Below are positions 1 to 9,853 of a DNA stretch of 64,000 bases, in pieces. Numbering within the stretch: the first letter of the stretch is position 1; the number at the start of each line of letters is the position of its first letter. The stretch is from a virus (taxonomy: Duplodnaviria; Caudoviricetes): IMG/VR virus record IMGVR_UViG_3300027971_000029, positions 60,558 through 124,557 of that record; one strand, written 5' to 3'. A model generated the notes under the pieces. It had not been told where the DNA came from. It saw only the letters and a list, made by a program, of their open reading frames with translations, and did not search any database. The position numbers and the translations under genes were made by a program.

Positions 1-241
1 CACGAGCCTTCTTGCGATTGGATTTGTAGTTAACAAAAACATCACGGCGCCAGTAATGGCGATTGTCACAGGCGATAACTACTTCAGGACCATGACTGGC
101 CTTGAATCGTTTAATGTATGTTCTCATTGTATTGAGAATCATATGCCTCACTAAACTTTCATCGATTGTTGCTTTGGGCGAGGATCCAATCTGTTCCATT
201 AGATTGGATATCGCTACTTGGTTATAGTCAAAAATAATCAT
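1..241 (-). CDS. rnh: T4-like RNase H / 5'-3' exonuclease, N-terminal part (runs off the window)
   Basis: Manual translation MIIFDYNQVAISNL...LVRHMILNTMR...EVVIACDNRHYWRRDVFVNYKSNRKK matches T4 Rnh N-terminal motifs (D..., YWRR, YKxNR). Confidence 0.9.
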   Translation of the reverse strand, partial: MIIFDYNQVAISNLMEQIGSSPKATIDESLVRHMILNTMRTYIKRFKASHGPEVVIACDNRHYWRRDVFVNYKSNRKKAR

Positions 242-290
242 AATGAAACCTATTATACTCTCTTTAAGATTTTAGTGGGGCAAACATGCA

Positions 291-506
291 TCAGTCATTT
301 TTATTGAATTTGATGCTTTCACCACGCAGGAATACACCAATCAGAACAATGGCACACCATGTATCAAAAGTGTATGGAATAGCCAGAGCAGGAAAAAGTA
401 TATTCAAAGACCACAGAACAAAAAACGGTGATATAAAAATGAATACGATAGCCGCTAGTGCAATCAATGCCATAACAGCAGGCGATTTAACTTTAATATT
501 AAACAT
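291..506 (-). CDS. small membrane protein
   Basis: 71 aa, two hydrophobic segments, GAGG RBS. Confidence 0.6.
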   Translation of the reverse strand: MFNIKVKSPAVMALIALAAIVFIFISPFFVLWSLNILFPALAIPYTFDTWCAIVLIGVFLRGESIKFNKND

Positions 507-512
507 AGAACC

Positions 513-1601
513 TCACTTAATAATTTTCAAAAGGATTGTATCATCATTTAGTCGACCTGTCAAGGGCGATTCAACTGCACGAATGTTTGCAATAACATTA
601 CGGAGAAAAACTTTGCCACCTTTGATAACTTCAGGCAAAGTCACTTCTGGTTTACGCAATTTCTTCTGTACCGATTTGGTATCAACAAAATTCTGTATCG
701 TGGTGCCTTTCAATGAAAGACCTGAAATGTCTTCAGCGATATAGCAACCAAGTTTACGAGTCTTGATATTGTAAACCCACAGAGTCGATGCACCAATCAC
801 CGATTTAGGGTCGATTGATTTTAGACCGAGTTCAGTGTCTTCAACGCAATACTTCATCTTACCAATCAGTTCATCGGCAGTCTTGACCTTGCGCTTGCGA
901 GGCTTGCGATTCTGTTTGGCTTCGCCTTGCAGAGTCAATGCATCATCAATAATTTTAGAAAGAAACGATTCGAACCTTTTCAGTTCGGTTTTCTTCATAT
1001 GCGAGTAGCCTTCGACCAATTGGTCATCGGTACCAGCAATTGCATCAGAAATTTCACTTCGCACTTTTTTGTAGTGTTCAACGATTGCCTTAACATGCAC
1101 ACCTTTTGTAGACAATTCAGTCATCATGCCTTTTGGTGTTTTTGTTTCACGATAAGCATTCAGTGTGAAGTCATCGACCAAACCATCTAGTTCAGCAAGG
1201 ATACGAGAAGTCGAGTCTTTAATCCTGTCTTGAATAGAAGGATTCACAGTGGCAACAACCGCAACATCTTCAACCACTTCTTCAACTTTACCATCACCTT
1301 TTTTAATGGTAGTCAATGTCTTATCGAAATAGTTTTGATTTTCAACGGGCAGAGTCGCACCATTGTAGAGAAGTCGGCACACCCAACCAAATGTGGTTGT
1401 TTGTTTCTTAATCATACCTTCAGGTATTTTCAGTTTCAGTTTTTTGTTAAGATAGTCACCAATGTATTTGTGAGCATCCTTGTAGTCCTTGTTTGCGGAA
1501 TACCAATTCAATGATTGAATCAATTGAATGCGAGTCATCTCTTCGATGTACTTCGGTTCACCACCAGCAAACACCGCATTAGCATCAAGTACTCTAGCCA
1601 T
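513..1601 (-). CDS. conserved hypothetical protein of T4-like phages
   Basis: 362-aa ORF with phage-like codon usage, located next to rnh; function not recognised. Confidence 0.75.
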   Translation of the reverse strand: MARVLDANAVFAGGEPKYIEEMTRIQLIQSLNWYSANKDYKDAHKYIGDYLNKKLKLKIPEGMIKKQTTTFGWVCRLLYNGATLPVENQNYFDKTLTTIKKGDGKVEEVVEDVAVVATVNPSIQDRIKDSTSRILAELDGLVDDFTLNAYRETKTPKGMMTELSTKGVHVKAIVEHYKKVRSEISDAIAGTDDQLVEGYSHMKKTELKRFESFLSKIIDDALTLQGEAKQNRKPRKRKVKTADELIGKMKYCVEDTELGLKSIDPKSVIGASTLWVYNIKTRKLGCYIAEDISGLSLKGTTIQNFVDTKSVQKKLRKPEVTLPEVIKGGKVFLRNVIANIRAVESPLTGRLNDDTILLKIIK

Positions 1602-1875
1602 TTATCACCTCTTCATAAGTTTGGTCAAACACTTCACGGATTGTGTAGATGCCGTCATCAAGATAACTGTATTGTACACTTAACATTCTAGCGGCCGTTT
1701 GGGCTTCAAGATAGTTAACAAAACAAAAACACTCACCGAACACACGATTAACAATCTCGCCATTTAGTTTGTGTCTCATGTTGTTTGCATCATAAGAACC
1801 AAGCATAGATTCATACTCGGTTGAATAAGCTACACGGTACCCGTCTGTAGTTTGTAAAATATAGACACCGTTCAT
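1594..1875 (-). CDS. hypothetical protein
   Basis: ORF coupled to the downstream gene. Confidence 0.6.
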   Translation of the reverse strand: MNGVYILQTTDGYRVAYSTEYESMLGSYDANNMRHKLNGEIVNRVFGECFCFVNYLEAQTAARMLSVQYSYLDDGIYTIREVFDQTYEEVING

Positions 1876-2191
1876 ATCATCACCATCACCTCTCCAGAAT
1901 TACATAATCACCAAAATACTTGTCGAATGTTTGTAAAAGATGTTCATAGTCACCTTCTCTCATTTCGGATATAATTTTTTCACTGGGAAGTTTCAATTGA
2001 TTTGCAAACCGATTAGCATAACCCATCAACGCAAATGCATTACCATCAGGTCCAGTCAAATCGATAACAATTTCACGAGCAACAGTTTTATCACGAAACA
2101 TAATAATCCTAAAACAACAATCCATTCAATCAAAGTATAGTGGCAATACGCTTTGTAGTACCAACCATAACGAGTCAGTCGGTTGTGTAAA

Positions 2192-2380
2192 TCACTCAGG
2201 ATTTTCAACAGACTTCCTACTGTCTTCCATTTCAAATTTAGTCACCAGTATTGAGTACATGGCATAGATTAATGCAACGATACAGAGCCAACCTAGCAAC
2301 TGAGGACTAACCATGGAAAATAAAACACCAGCACCCATGATACCTGCTGTGGCAAGAGCCGCTTTAACTTTGGAATTCAT
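2192..2380 (-). CDS. small membrane protein
   Basis: MNSKVKAALATAG... with two TM-like segments, downstream of the promoter at 2402-2430. Confidence 0.55.
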   Translation of the reverse strand: MNSKVKAALATAGIMGAGVLFSMVSPQLLGWLCIVALIYAMYSILVTKFEMEDSRKSVENPE

Positions 2381-2401
2381 AGAACAACCTTTCAAAAATA
2401 C

Positions 2402-2430
2402 ATTATACAACAAACCGTTCACTTTGTCAA
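2402..2430 (-). promoter_or_regulatory. sigma70 early promoter
   Basis: TTGACA-17bp-TATAAT on the minus strand. Confidence 0.8.
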
Positions 2431-2676
2431 GATGTTTTTTAGTGCCGCTTTGGCATCGTTGACATGCTCAACATCATCCATCAAACCGAGTTCATATACC
2501 ATCATTTCATTACGAGCGATACGAATCAGTTCAAGGGCATATATGATATCATCTTTATCTGAGTAGTGAAACCATTCATCAATAGTCTCTTGGTCAGACT
2601 GTAGCAAAAATTTCAGATTGTCTTTATCCCAATCATTCATTTTTGTAATTTTTTCAATCATTTCCCAATCATGCAT
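2419..2676 (-). CDS. hypothetical early protein
   Basis: ORF with GGAGG RBS, overlap-coupled. Confidence 0.6.
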   Translation of the reverse strand: MHDWEMIEKITKMNDWDKDNLKFLLQSDQETIDEWFHYSDKDDIIYALELIRIARNEMMVYELGLMDDVEHVNDAKAALKNILTK

Positions 2677-2995
2677 ATACTGCCTCCTTATTCATTGCGG
2701 CAGTCACAACCGCAACAGCATTAGAATCAAAACCACCAATGTGCCAACGATATTCATTGAATGGTGTATTGTATTGTTTCCAGTCGTATATGGTAACGGT
2801 CTCAATCTTTTCATCACCGTCCTCATCGACATAGAAAACATCAATTGCCCACTCGCAGGTAGTTTTGTCGCCACCATCATTAGGACCATATTTAGGTTTA
2901 CCAAAAATGCTCACAAGTTCATCATATGTGGTTTTGATATAACCTTGCAGGCTAGTAAGATTTCCACTAGAACAAGACATGAGAACAATATTCAT
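2669..2995 (-). CDS. hypothetical early protein
   Basis: TSLQG...FG.P...DKT..EW...TIYDWK...WHIGG pattern, common in small phage proteins. Confidence 0.7.
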   Translation of the reverse strand: MNIVLMSCSSGNLTSLQGYIKTTYDELVSIFGKPKYGPNDGGDKTTCEWAIDVFYVDEDGDEKIETVTIYDWKQYNTPFNEYRWHIGGFDSNAVAVVTAAMNKEAVYA

Positions 2996-3249
2996 TTTAA
3001 ATACTCCTTTTGAACAATCTTTTTCGCATCACTCAGCGATTTAAATTTCACTCCGTTGATGATGATGAATTTTGGACCATAGATTCTAGCCTCACCACCA
3101 TCAAACGGAATACGATAAAATGTTTTGCCACCATCTACGACCTTCGACCGCTTTTTCTCAAAAAAAGGACCGTAAGTCAGGCCAGCGAACCGAAAGGTGT
3201 CTTCGAGTTCGGCGGCCGTTTGTGACCTTGCATAGGCAAGTGGTATCAT
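2992..3249 (-). CDS. hypothetical early protein
   Basis: coupled ORF. Confidence 0.55.
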   Translation of the reverse strand: MIPLAYARSQTAAELEDTFRFAGLTYGPFFEKKRSKVVDGGKTFYRIPFDGGEARIYGPKFIIINGVKFKSLSDAKKIVQKEYLK

Positions 3250-3665
3250 TATGCAGTCACCGCATAAGGCTTATTCCAAGAACCGATGTTGCAGTGGAAA
3301 TAATAAGCGGTGTCGAAATAATCAGTCATTGCATCGGAACGGTCGTAGTAATCACCAGCCATCAATGCTTTTTTGATTGCTTGCATGGCTTCGAGAGCCT
3401 TGCCACTGTAGTGGTCTTGGATCCAGTAGAGGTTCACTTGTTCGTGACCACTGGTGTTGGCTGTAAAGCCACGAGAAACTTGATAAAATGACTCGGAACA
3501 GGTTTTGTTACCGTTACCGATAAAATCGATAGAACCCGATTTCAAGGTCAAGGTGATACTGGAAGAACCAGCGCCTTTGAGGGAACCTTTGAGTTTGTAC
3601 TTTTTCAGTACAGGCGCCAAAGCGGCGGCGATTTTTGCTTTTTTCTCTGTAGACACATAAGCCAT
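3249..3665 (-). CDS. conserved early phage protein
   Basis: First gene after the promoter, AAGGAG RBS; C-terminal YDRSDAMTDYFDTAYY...IG.W.KPY motif. Confidence 0.8.
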   Translation of the reverse strand: MAYVSTEKKAKIAAALAPVLKKYKLKGSLKGAGSSSITLTLKSGSIDFIGNGNKTCSESFYQVSRGFTANTSGHEQVNLYWIQDHYSGKALEAMQAIKKALMAGDYYDRSDAMTDYFDTAYYFHCNIGSWNKPYAVTA

Positions 3666-3697
3666 AACGAAACTCCTTTATCAACTGAACAAACTAC

Positions 3698-3726
3698 AGT
3701 ATAACGCACTTTCGCCGCTTTGTCAA
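3698..3726 (-). promoter_or_regulatory. sigma70 early promoter
   Basis: TTGACA-17bp-TATACT followed by GTAGT. Confidence 0.85.
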
Positions 3727-3764
3727 GTCTTTTTTGCGGTTGTTGCACAAAAACAACAACTTTT

Positions 3765-3998
3765 TTACACAATTCTTCCCAAGGATAGTTGCAAAAATTC
3801 GTCAAGTTCAGCATCAAAATTTCTACCAGTACGGCGTTTCTGATAGATTTTATCTAACAGGCCATTTCCGTTACCATGACCAATAGGCATGTGAGTTTCA
3901 GCAAAATCATGCCCACGGGATTCGAGTTCTTCGACCAAATCTGCGGTATCAAATTCACTCAGGTCAATTTCAACTTCGGTAGTGATATAGCGGCTCAT
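3765..3998 (-). CDS. hypothetical early protein
   Basis: coupled acidic ORF. Confidence 0.6.
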   Translation of the reverse strand: MSRYITTEVEIDLSEFDTADLVEELESRGHDFAETHMPIGHGNGNGLLDKIYQKRRTGRNFDAELDEFLQLSLGRIV

Positions 3999-4246
3999 AC
4001 GATTTTACCTTCTTCAATCAGAATGACAAAAGTGTCGAACAATTTATTGAATTTCACATTATACAAGGTAGCTAATGCATTCATGTATTCATTCAAATCT
4101 TCGCCAGATAACATTTCATTCTCAGTAACCGCTTTGATATCATCGACAATATTCGAGCAGTTTAGAATTTGCTGTTCTAGGTCAAATCGGTCAAGACCGC
4201 TACCAACATCAGCACTCACCGCATCTGCAATCACTCTTTTTTTCAT
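3995..4246 (-). CDS. hypothetical early protein
   Basis: AGGAG RBS; DRFDLEQQI motif. Confidence 0.6.
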   Translation of the reverse strand: MKKRVIADAVSADVGSGLDRFDLEQQILNCSNIVDDIKAVTENEMLSGEDLNEYMNALATLYNVKFNKLFDTFVILIEEGKIV

Positions 4247-4259
4247 AAAAAACTCCTAA

Positions 4260-4469
4260 TTAATCTAAAGCAACACCATCCATGTACTTCTTACCAGTCC
4301 AATGGTCTTTAGTAACACAGATTCCATTTTGTTTCACTCCTAACGGGTGTTTTTCAACAGCCCGTTTAAGAGCAACCTCACATTGTTTTTTCGATTCAAA
4401 CTCAGTGACGGACCTATCCATATAGTCACCGCCAGGAGAGAACATAAAAACAATCAAAACCCAATTCAT
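4260..4469 (-). CDS. small secreted/membrane protein
   Basis: hydrophobic N-terminus, FES..QC...C pattern. Confidence 0.55.
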   Translation of the reverse strand: MNWVLIVFMFSPGGDYMDRSVTEFESKKQCEVALKRAVEKHPLGVKQNGICVTKDHWTGKKYMDGVALD

Positions 4470-4690
4470 GCTTCTTTACCCTTTATAGGTTTTACCTTTG
4501 CAGTTGCACAAGTACCTTCAAGAACAGCAATAGTTACATTACCACGAGCGGCGATGCCTCTCATATGTTCCTTTTGTTTATCTAGAGAGTTCACGCATAA
4601 GGACTCTTGAGTGTAGTAGGTATCAGGTTGCATGAATTCGCAGGTGCCATTCATACAGATAACTAGAATAGGTATAAAAATTTCAATCAT
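4466..4690 (-). CDS. small secreted Cys-containing protein
   Basis: hydrophobic N-terminus plus 4 Cys. Confidence 0.55.
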   Translation of the reverse strand: MIEIFIPILVICMNGTCEFMQPDTYYTQESLCVNSLDKQKEHMRGIAARGNVTIAVLEGTCATAKVKPIKGKEA

Positions 4691-4971
4691 TGTTCAACTC
4701 CATGAAATAACGACCAAATGAAATCAATATCAGCATCCTCTATTTGATAATATAATATTTCGTTGAATATCTCTTCAGCTTTGTCGCCCACATACTCAAA
4801 TTCATACAACGATTCATCATCTTTTGTTCCAAGAGATAGTTCGTTAGAAAACACTAACATAGGATTATCCGACACTCCCAAAACAGCATCAAAAAAATCC
4901 AATTTCATATAACGACCATCGATATAATCTGGATGTTCTTTATTCATTCTAATATAACAAGTTTTACTCAT
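4687..4971 (-). CDS. hypothetical protein
   Basis: coupled ORF with GGAG RBS. Confidence 0.55.
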   Translation of the reverse strand: MSKTCYIRMNKEHPDYIDGRYMKLDFFDAVLGVSDNPMLVFSNELSLGTKDDESLYEFEYVGDKAEEIFNEILYYQIEDADIDFIWSLFHGVEQ

Positions 4972-5132
4972 TCTTCAACTCCAAAAGCAGTTTCTTAAAT
5001 TCATCCATTTTAGCTAACTGTATAGTATGTAGATAAATGTACATTTTCGCCTCATCTGGCCAAGATTTTGTCATTTCTAGCAATTCTGGATTTACCTCTT
5101 CTGCAAGTCCAGAAACAATATATTTCATATTT

Positions 5133-5579
5133 TCATAGTTGTACATCTAAAGACTCCTTAAATTTCTGCCATCTCAATGCTTTTTGTTCAGTATTAGGGC
5201 GATGTTTTTTTGATATATTGTCACCATTGATTCTTGTCTTTACAGCATGACAACATGCACAGAGGGTTTGCAAATTTGCAGGATCGGCTCTTTCACCATC
5301 AGGATCGATATGGTCAATAGTCAATTGTGCATCCATGATAATGGTTGTGGTGCATTTGAAGCCCAAGCGACTATCAGTATTCTCACAATAATTTTTGCGG
5401 AATTGCTTGTAGTCCCAATCCAACATTTTATATTTTTCTTTGTGATGCCTAGAACACCGCTTATGGTATCGGCCGCCACCAAGAGAGTCTCTAGGTTGGT
5501 CACAATCGGGAACAATACACGGATTCATCTCCGCAATTTCTTCTTCACCCCATAGGGTACGAATCAATGCTATAGTCAT
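5133..5579 (-). CDS. HNH endonuclease
   Basis: LTIDHID...NLQTLCACCHAVKT HNH motif; may start at 5528. Confidence 0.8.
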   Translation of the reverse strand: MTIALIRTLWGEEEIAEMNPCIVPDCDQPRDSLGGGRYHKRCSRHHKEKYKMLDWDYKQFRKNYCENTDSRLGFKCTTTIIMDAQLTIDHIDPDGERADPANLQTLCACCHAVKTRINGDNISKKHRPNTEQKALRWQKFKESLDVQL

Positions 5580-5790
5580 TCTTCAACTCCGAAATGTTTT
5601 AAAACATATGTACCAGGGCTTGCCCATTGATGTGTATTAATTGTTGCAATATCGGCACATTCCCGCACAATCAACTCGGCAAACTTTTCTGTGTAATATC
5701 TTGGATACTGGTCATAATCAGCACCTTCATCTATCAGTTCGCCAGCATAGATTTCAGCCTGTTCGGCAAGTTGTCGAATTCGTTCATTCA
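5576..5790 (-). CDS. hypothetical protein, MNERIxxL family paralog 1
   Basis: MNERIRQLAEQA...KFAELIVREC...HFGVEE. Confidence 0.7.
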
Positions 5791-5900
5791 TTTGTATCGT
5801 CTCCAGAAAGTTGTAAAGTCTGGACGGATAACATATTCCCATCCTTCGGGTATATGTTCAGGAAAGTAATGTGTTTTACCATTGCTATGTTTGTATAGTT

Positions 5901-6161
5901 TCATTCCTCAACTCCGAAAAATTGTTTGATACCCTTGCTGGCATCATTCACAGCCATTTCGTATCCGTAGTCATGGTCGGACCAGTATTGCTGTTCTTCG
6001 CACAGACATTCTTTCTGTTCTTCCACAATGCTGATACATTCTTTAATAATCAACTCGGCGAACCTTTGTTGGAAGTCTTCTTGAAAAACTACAATATCTC
6101 CAGTTCGCTCAATTATATCATCATAAGCCTGAGCGGACAGTTCTTTAAATCGTTCATTCAT
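5901..6161 (-). CDS. hypothetical protein, MNERIxxL family paralog 2
   Basis: MNERFKELSAQA...RFAELIIKEC...FFGVEE. Confidence 0.7.
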   Translation of the reverse strand: MNERFKELSAQAYDDIIERTGDIVVFQEDFQQRFAELIIKECISIVEEQKECLCEEQQYWSDHDYGYEMAVNDASKGIKQFFGVEE

Positions 6162-6482
6162 GTCAAAATATTCCTTATAACCTCAATTGCTATTTGCACA
6201 TCCGTAGGGTCAAGGTTCAATTTATGCGATATCTCAAGCAGGTTGTAACCTCGCTCAAGAAGTTCTCGGACTTGGGAAATGATATAATTTTTCATCCTGA
6301 CCTCGCCATTAAGTGGTAGACATTGCTTGTAATAACCGCAGTCTCATTATACAACTTTTCACGGTCCATTGCAAATAGCAAAGCGGTATCTCTGTCAGGT
6401 GTCAGCATTAATTGCCGATTCTCAAAAACCACAGAATACATTTCGCCTTGCTTTGTTATCTCAGCGCCAGTGATGAGGATTT

Positions 6483-6788
6483 TCATACAGTTCCTTCGAT
6501 AATGGTTAGTGAATCTTCATCATCATAACCATTTGGAACTACCTCTTCACCGTAAGTCAATTTATACAGATTAATAATTCTGCCAAAATTTCGCATGTAA
6601 CGATTAACAATCTGAGTAACACGATTACGAGAAAGACCGTGACGGCGACCAACTTCTGCACATGTTTCGTTATGGTAGAGTACCTCAGCGAGAATACTCA
6701 TATCTCGACCACGCCGCTGATGTTCAGAAAAGATACCAACTAGTTGTTTTTTATACAACTCATATTCGGGTTGGGAAAGGGTAGTCAT
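6483..6788 (-). CDS. sigma70 region-4-like HTH protein
   Basis: TCAEVGRRHGLSRNRVTQIV HTH pattern; start taken at MTTLSQ. Confidence 0.6.
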   Translation of the reverse strand: MTTLSQPEYELYKKQLVGIFSEHQRRGRDMSILAEVLYHNETCAEVGRRHGLSRNRVTQIVNRYMRNFGRIINLYKLTYGEEVVPNGYDDEDSLTIIEGTV

Positions 6789-6795
6789 ACAAATC

Positions 6796-7059
6796 CTAGT
6801 TATCGAATTCACAGCCGATATCAGCGGTATCGGCTTCATACTTAGCAACCGCCGATTTTGCATCGGACACAAAACTGACATATTTGTGTTCAAGGATAAC
6901 ACGGTCACGGATAGCACCATACACCACCACAGGTGTATCAAGAACAACAGTGTGGACAACCTCACCGCCGTATGCTACACGGCTGAGTTCCACAACACCT
7001 GACACGGCGATTTCGCCCATGTAGAGACCAGTAACTGACATGTTTTCAAGATTCCACAT
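6796..7059 (-). CDS. hypothetical early protein
   Basis: first ORF after the promoter at 7092-7120. Confidence 0.65.
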   Translation of the reverse strand: MWNLENMSVTGLYMGEIAVSGVVELSRVAYGGEVVHTVVLDTPVVVYGAIRDRVILEHKYVSFVSDAKSAVAKYEADTADIGCEFDN

Positions 7060-7091
7060 TTTCGAAAGTCCTTATCAACTGAACAGATTAC

Positions 7092-7120
7092 AGTATACTC
7101 TACATGGGTAGAAATGTCAA
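7092..7120 (-). promoter_or_regulatory. sigma70 early promoter
   Basis: TTGACA-17bp-TATACT. Confidence 0.85.
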
Positions 7121-7150
7121 GCAGAAAAAGTTGTTATTTTTGTTGTATTT

Positions 7151-7717
7151 TCACAACGGAACCGGAGCATAACTACGGGCCCAAGAAGTACTTTTCCGAT
7201 AAGGGTGTTCATCCGCTAAATCCCATGCTTGTGACACTAATGAAGATTTTAACTCAGGTATAATACCCAAAAAGTGATAATATTCACCACTCGGTTTATC
7301 AGCCCACATTGCATCAGCAAACTGTAAAAAAGGTTCTTCAGACAAGTCTTTTTTTATGGTGTGAAATTCATCAATAGTCAAATTGAACCATTCACCTTTT
7401 ATTTTTTTTTCACGATACTTGTCATGTAGAAAATATTCAACATTAAAGGGTTCAAGAATTTCAGGAGAAATTTTATCCACATATAGTTTCACCCAATTAC
7501 CCGAAGAAAAATCTTTAAGGCGATTCGATACTCCCTTGATAGTTTTCGATACCCCGATTTTAACCGGACATTCACCGATACCTTTAAACCATTTTTTCGG
7601 CACTTCCTCTGGGCGAATCAAATAAACATGCCCCGAATTTAAACGCATAGCCCGCTGGTCAATTGGGCATATATTGTCATTATAAAAACCAAATTCACGA
7701 GACTCAAACATAATCAA
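7151..7717 (-). CDS. T5orf172/MUG113-type GIY-YIG-like protein
   Basis: GHVYLI...VKIGVS...RL...E..LH......IKGEWF. Confidence 0.75.
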   Translation of the reverse strand: MIMFESREFGFYNDNICPIDQRAMRLNSGHVYLIRPEEVPKKWFKGIGECPVKIGVSKTIKGVSNRLKDFSSGNWVKLYVDKISPEILEPFNVEYFLHDKYREKKIKGEWFNLTIDEFHTIKKDLSEEPFLQFADAMWADKPSGEYYHFLGIIPELKSSLVSQAWDLADEHPYRKSTSWARSYAPVPL

Positions 7718-7729
7718 TCCTCTTTCATT

Positions 7730-7903
7730 TTACTCAGAATAGACAAGCGAGGAAGTACCATTTTCCTCTAGTGTAGTGAATGGACAACCAAAGTGCATGA
7801 TATCACGCCCTTGAATATCTTCTTCAACATTCAGAAATTCCACTTCTTCAGTAGAATGATACTGTAGACAATGCTGGCAGTATACTTTGAAATATCTTTC
7901 CAT
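7730..7903 (-). CDS. small Cys-containing protein
   Basis: VYCQHC...FLNVEEDIQGRD...FGCP. Confidence 0.55.
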   Translation of the reverse strand: MERYFKVYCQHCLQYHSTEEVEFLNVEEDIQGRDIMHFGCPFTTLEENGTSSLVYSE

Positions 7904-8092
7904 TTCACAACTCCAAAACAAAGGTGGTTGTTCCGTCAGGATGAACATGTTTTGTTACAATGCGCCAGCCACTCTTACTGAATTCCGCAAGTTTCTTTTT
8001 AGTGTAACTAGGCTTGCCATTAATCACTTTCCGTAAAACGGCAATTTCATTATCGATAATCATACCAGACTCCGTAAAACCTCTAGTCATAA

Positions 8093-8851
8093 TTAAGCCG
8101 CTTTCAATAACATAACAGTAGGATACTTCACAAAACCAGTGGTGTCTTTTTTAGCCTTGCCTTTTGCGTACAAGCCAACAATAACACCATGCGGGTCAAG
8201 GAATCTTAAATCGGATTCATCGCCGTTAAACACAGGAATACCCATGTAAGTCTCAGGCATCGGCAGGGTTTTCTTGATACCGAAAACAGTAGCAATATTG
8301 TAACCTTGTGCAATAGCCTTAGCAACATCCGCATCATTTCCATCAGCCGCTGAGAATGTCAATTGATAATTCTCATAGGTAACAGTCTTACGACCAAGAA
8401 TTTTGGTGTAGTCATAGAATTGGCAATCAGGAAATGCAGAGAAAATATTGCGATACATCACACCGTCACGGACTACTTCGTATTTTTCGAATGCGATATC
8501 CGAAGTACCATTCAAACGGAACACAGGAATCATGTCGATTTTACCAGCTTGCTTGATAGCCAACTCAATGTCTTTCACGAGCATAGCCATGAAGTCAACA
8601 CGGTTCTCGAAAAACATCTTGGTTTTGCGAATACGAGCCTTTTGAATCACATTGGTGGTTTCACCTTTTTTGAACATACCGCCACGACCAGCAGTATTCA
8701 GGCAAGCGGCTGTACAACCAGCGGTTCGTTTAGCGCAGGTCTCATAACCACTCAGGTTTGCTGGCGCTAGGTGCAGAATGTAGGTCATGTAACCTTGCGA
8801 CATTCCTTTAAGGACTTTGGGATTTCCGACTGAAAGTAATTTCATATACAC
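8093..8851 (-). CDS. Gp88-like phage protein
   Basis: LHLAPA...C...C...CLNTAGRG, FRLNGTSDI, FYDYTK, GDESDLRFLD. Confidence 0.75.
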   Translation of the reverse strand: MYMKLLSVGNPKVLKGMSQGYMTYILHLAPANLSGYETCAKRTAGCTAACLNTAGRGGMFKKGETTNVIQKARIRKTKMFFENRVDFMAMLVKDIELAIKQAGKIDMIPVFRLNGTSDIAFEKYEVVRDGVMYRNIFSAFPDCQFYDYTKILGRKTVTYENYQLTFSAADGNDADVAKAIAQGYNIATVFGIKKTLPMPETYMGIPVFNGDESDLRFLDPHGVIVGLYAKGKAKKDTTGFVKYPTVMLLKAA

Positions 8852-8871
8852 CTCTTAACTAATCAGACTAC

Positions 8872-8900
8872 AGTATACCTCATATGGGTACAATTGTCAA
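8872..8900 (-). promoter_or_regulatory. sigma70 early promoter
   Basis: TTGACA-17bp-TATACT-GTAGT. Confidence 0.85.
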
Positions 8901-8919
8901 GTGTTTTTTTGTTGTATTT

Positions 8920-9174
8920 TTACAACATGTCCAATTGAATTTGGTATGACTGCTCTTTCATTTCATGGTCGAATGTTCGTATTGTAGTACCAACACCACC
9001 ACAATTCTCAGTCTTTATGATATGCAACGCATTGAGCAATGCTGTGGTTTGTGTGGTGAAAGGACCAGCAACAAGGTCTTGAATTGTTGTAATATAGCCA
9101 ACACCATTGACAATAGCACGAACCCGTTGGCTGTTTTTGAAACCAGGAACACTTTGTTTAGTACGCATATACAA
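8920..9174 (-). CDS. hypothetical early protein
   Basis: ORF with GAGG RBS. Confidence 0.6.
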   Translation of the reverse strand: MYMRTKQSVPGFKNSQRVRAIVNGVGYITTIQDLVAGPFTTQTTALLNALHIIKTENCGGVGTTIRTFDHEMKEQSYQIQLDML

Positions 9175-9181
9175 TCCTCAA

Positions 9182-9388
9182 TTAAACATAAAAGTCGGAA
9201 GTGAGACCAAGTTCATCATAGACCATCTCACGGACTACAGTGTCAAAGGCTTCGGCAAATTGTGCATAATTAGCGAGTTTGCGGAGGTCAGCCTCAACAT
9301 CAGGCCAAGGGCTTTTAACCGCTTTGTGATACATGACAAGACCAGAGACAGCTTTGGCACCGTCTTTAGAGAACATACCGTATTTCAT
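9182..9388 (-). CDS. hypothetical early protein
   Basis: MKYGMFS...EAFDTVVREMVY; AAGGA RBS. Confidence 0.65.
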   Translation of the reverse strand: MKYGMFSKDGAKAVSGLVMYHKAVKSPWPDVEADLRKLANYAQFAEAFDTVVREMVYDELGLTSDFYV

Positions 9389-9397
9389 CTTTTTTCC

Positions 9398-9478
9398 TTA
9401 ACCGAGGGTTTTAACAGAACCTGACACGGAAGCACCAATCAGGACCAGGATACTAAAAACACAGAGAATCGTAAACAT
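9398..9478 (-). CDS. 26-aa hydrophobic early micropeptide
   Basis: Manual translation MFTILCVFSILVLIGASVSGSVKTLG; AAGGA RBS; first ORF after the promoter. Confidence 0.55.
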   Translation of the reverse strand: MFTILCVFSILVLIGASVSGSVKTLG

Positions 9479-9513
9479 CTTTTTTCCTTTTCAATCTCAA
9501 CTAACTTAACTAC

Positions 9514-9542
9514 AGTATAGCGCAAATCGGTAGAAATGTCAA
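9514..9542 (-). promoter_or_regulatory. sigma70 early promoter
   Basis: TTGACA-17bp-TATACT-GTAGT. Confidence 0.85.
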
Positions 9543-9569
9543 GTGTTTTCTTGTTGTATTTTTGCAACA

Positions 9570-9824
9570 CTATGCAAATTCATAAAACTTAACGGAAGGG
9601 TCAAGTTTTTGCAGTTCTTTAGCGGCTTTGGTCAAAGTCTTGTAACGAGCCTGTACTTGGCTACGGCTCAGTTCACCGTCACAAGTCAGGTTTTCGGGAC
9701 TCAAATCCGAATCGATGCTATCAGCAATGGATTGGCGGTCAGCGGCATTTTGCAAACTTAGTTGTCGGCTACCGAAGATTTTAGCAAATGCATTTTTTCG
9801 GTCAACATAGGCAGTGAGGGACAT
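9570..9824 (-). CDS. hypothetical early protein
   Basis: LSPENLTCDGE motif typical of small phage early proteins. Confidence 0.7.
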   Translation of the reverse strand: MSLTAYVDRKNAFAKIFGSRQLSLQNAADRQSIADSIDSDLSPENLTCDGELSRSQVQARYKTLTKAAKELQKLDPSVKFYEFA

Positions 9825-9853
9825 TTTGTTTCCTTTTCGATTAATCAGACTAC

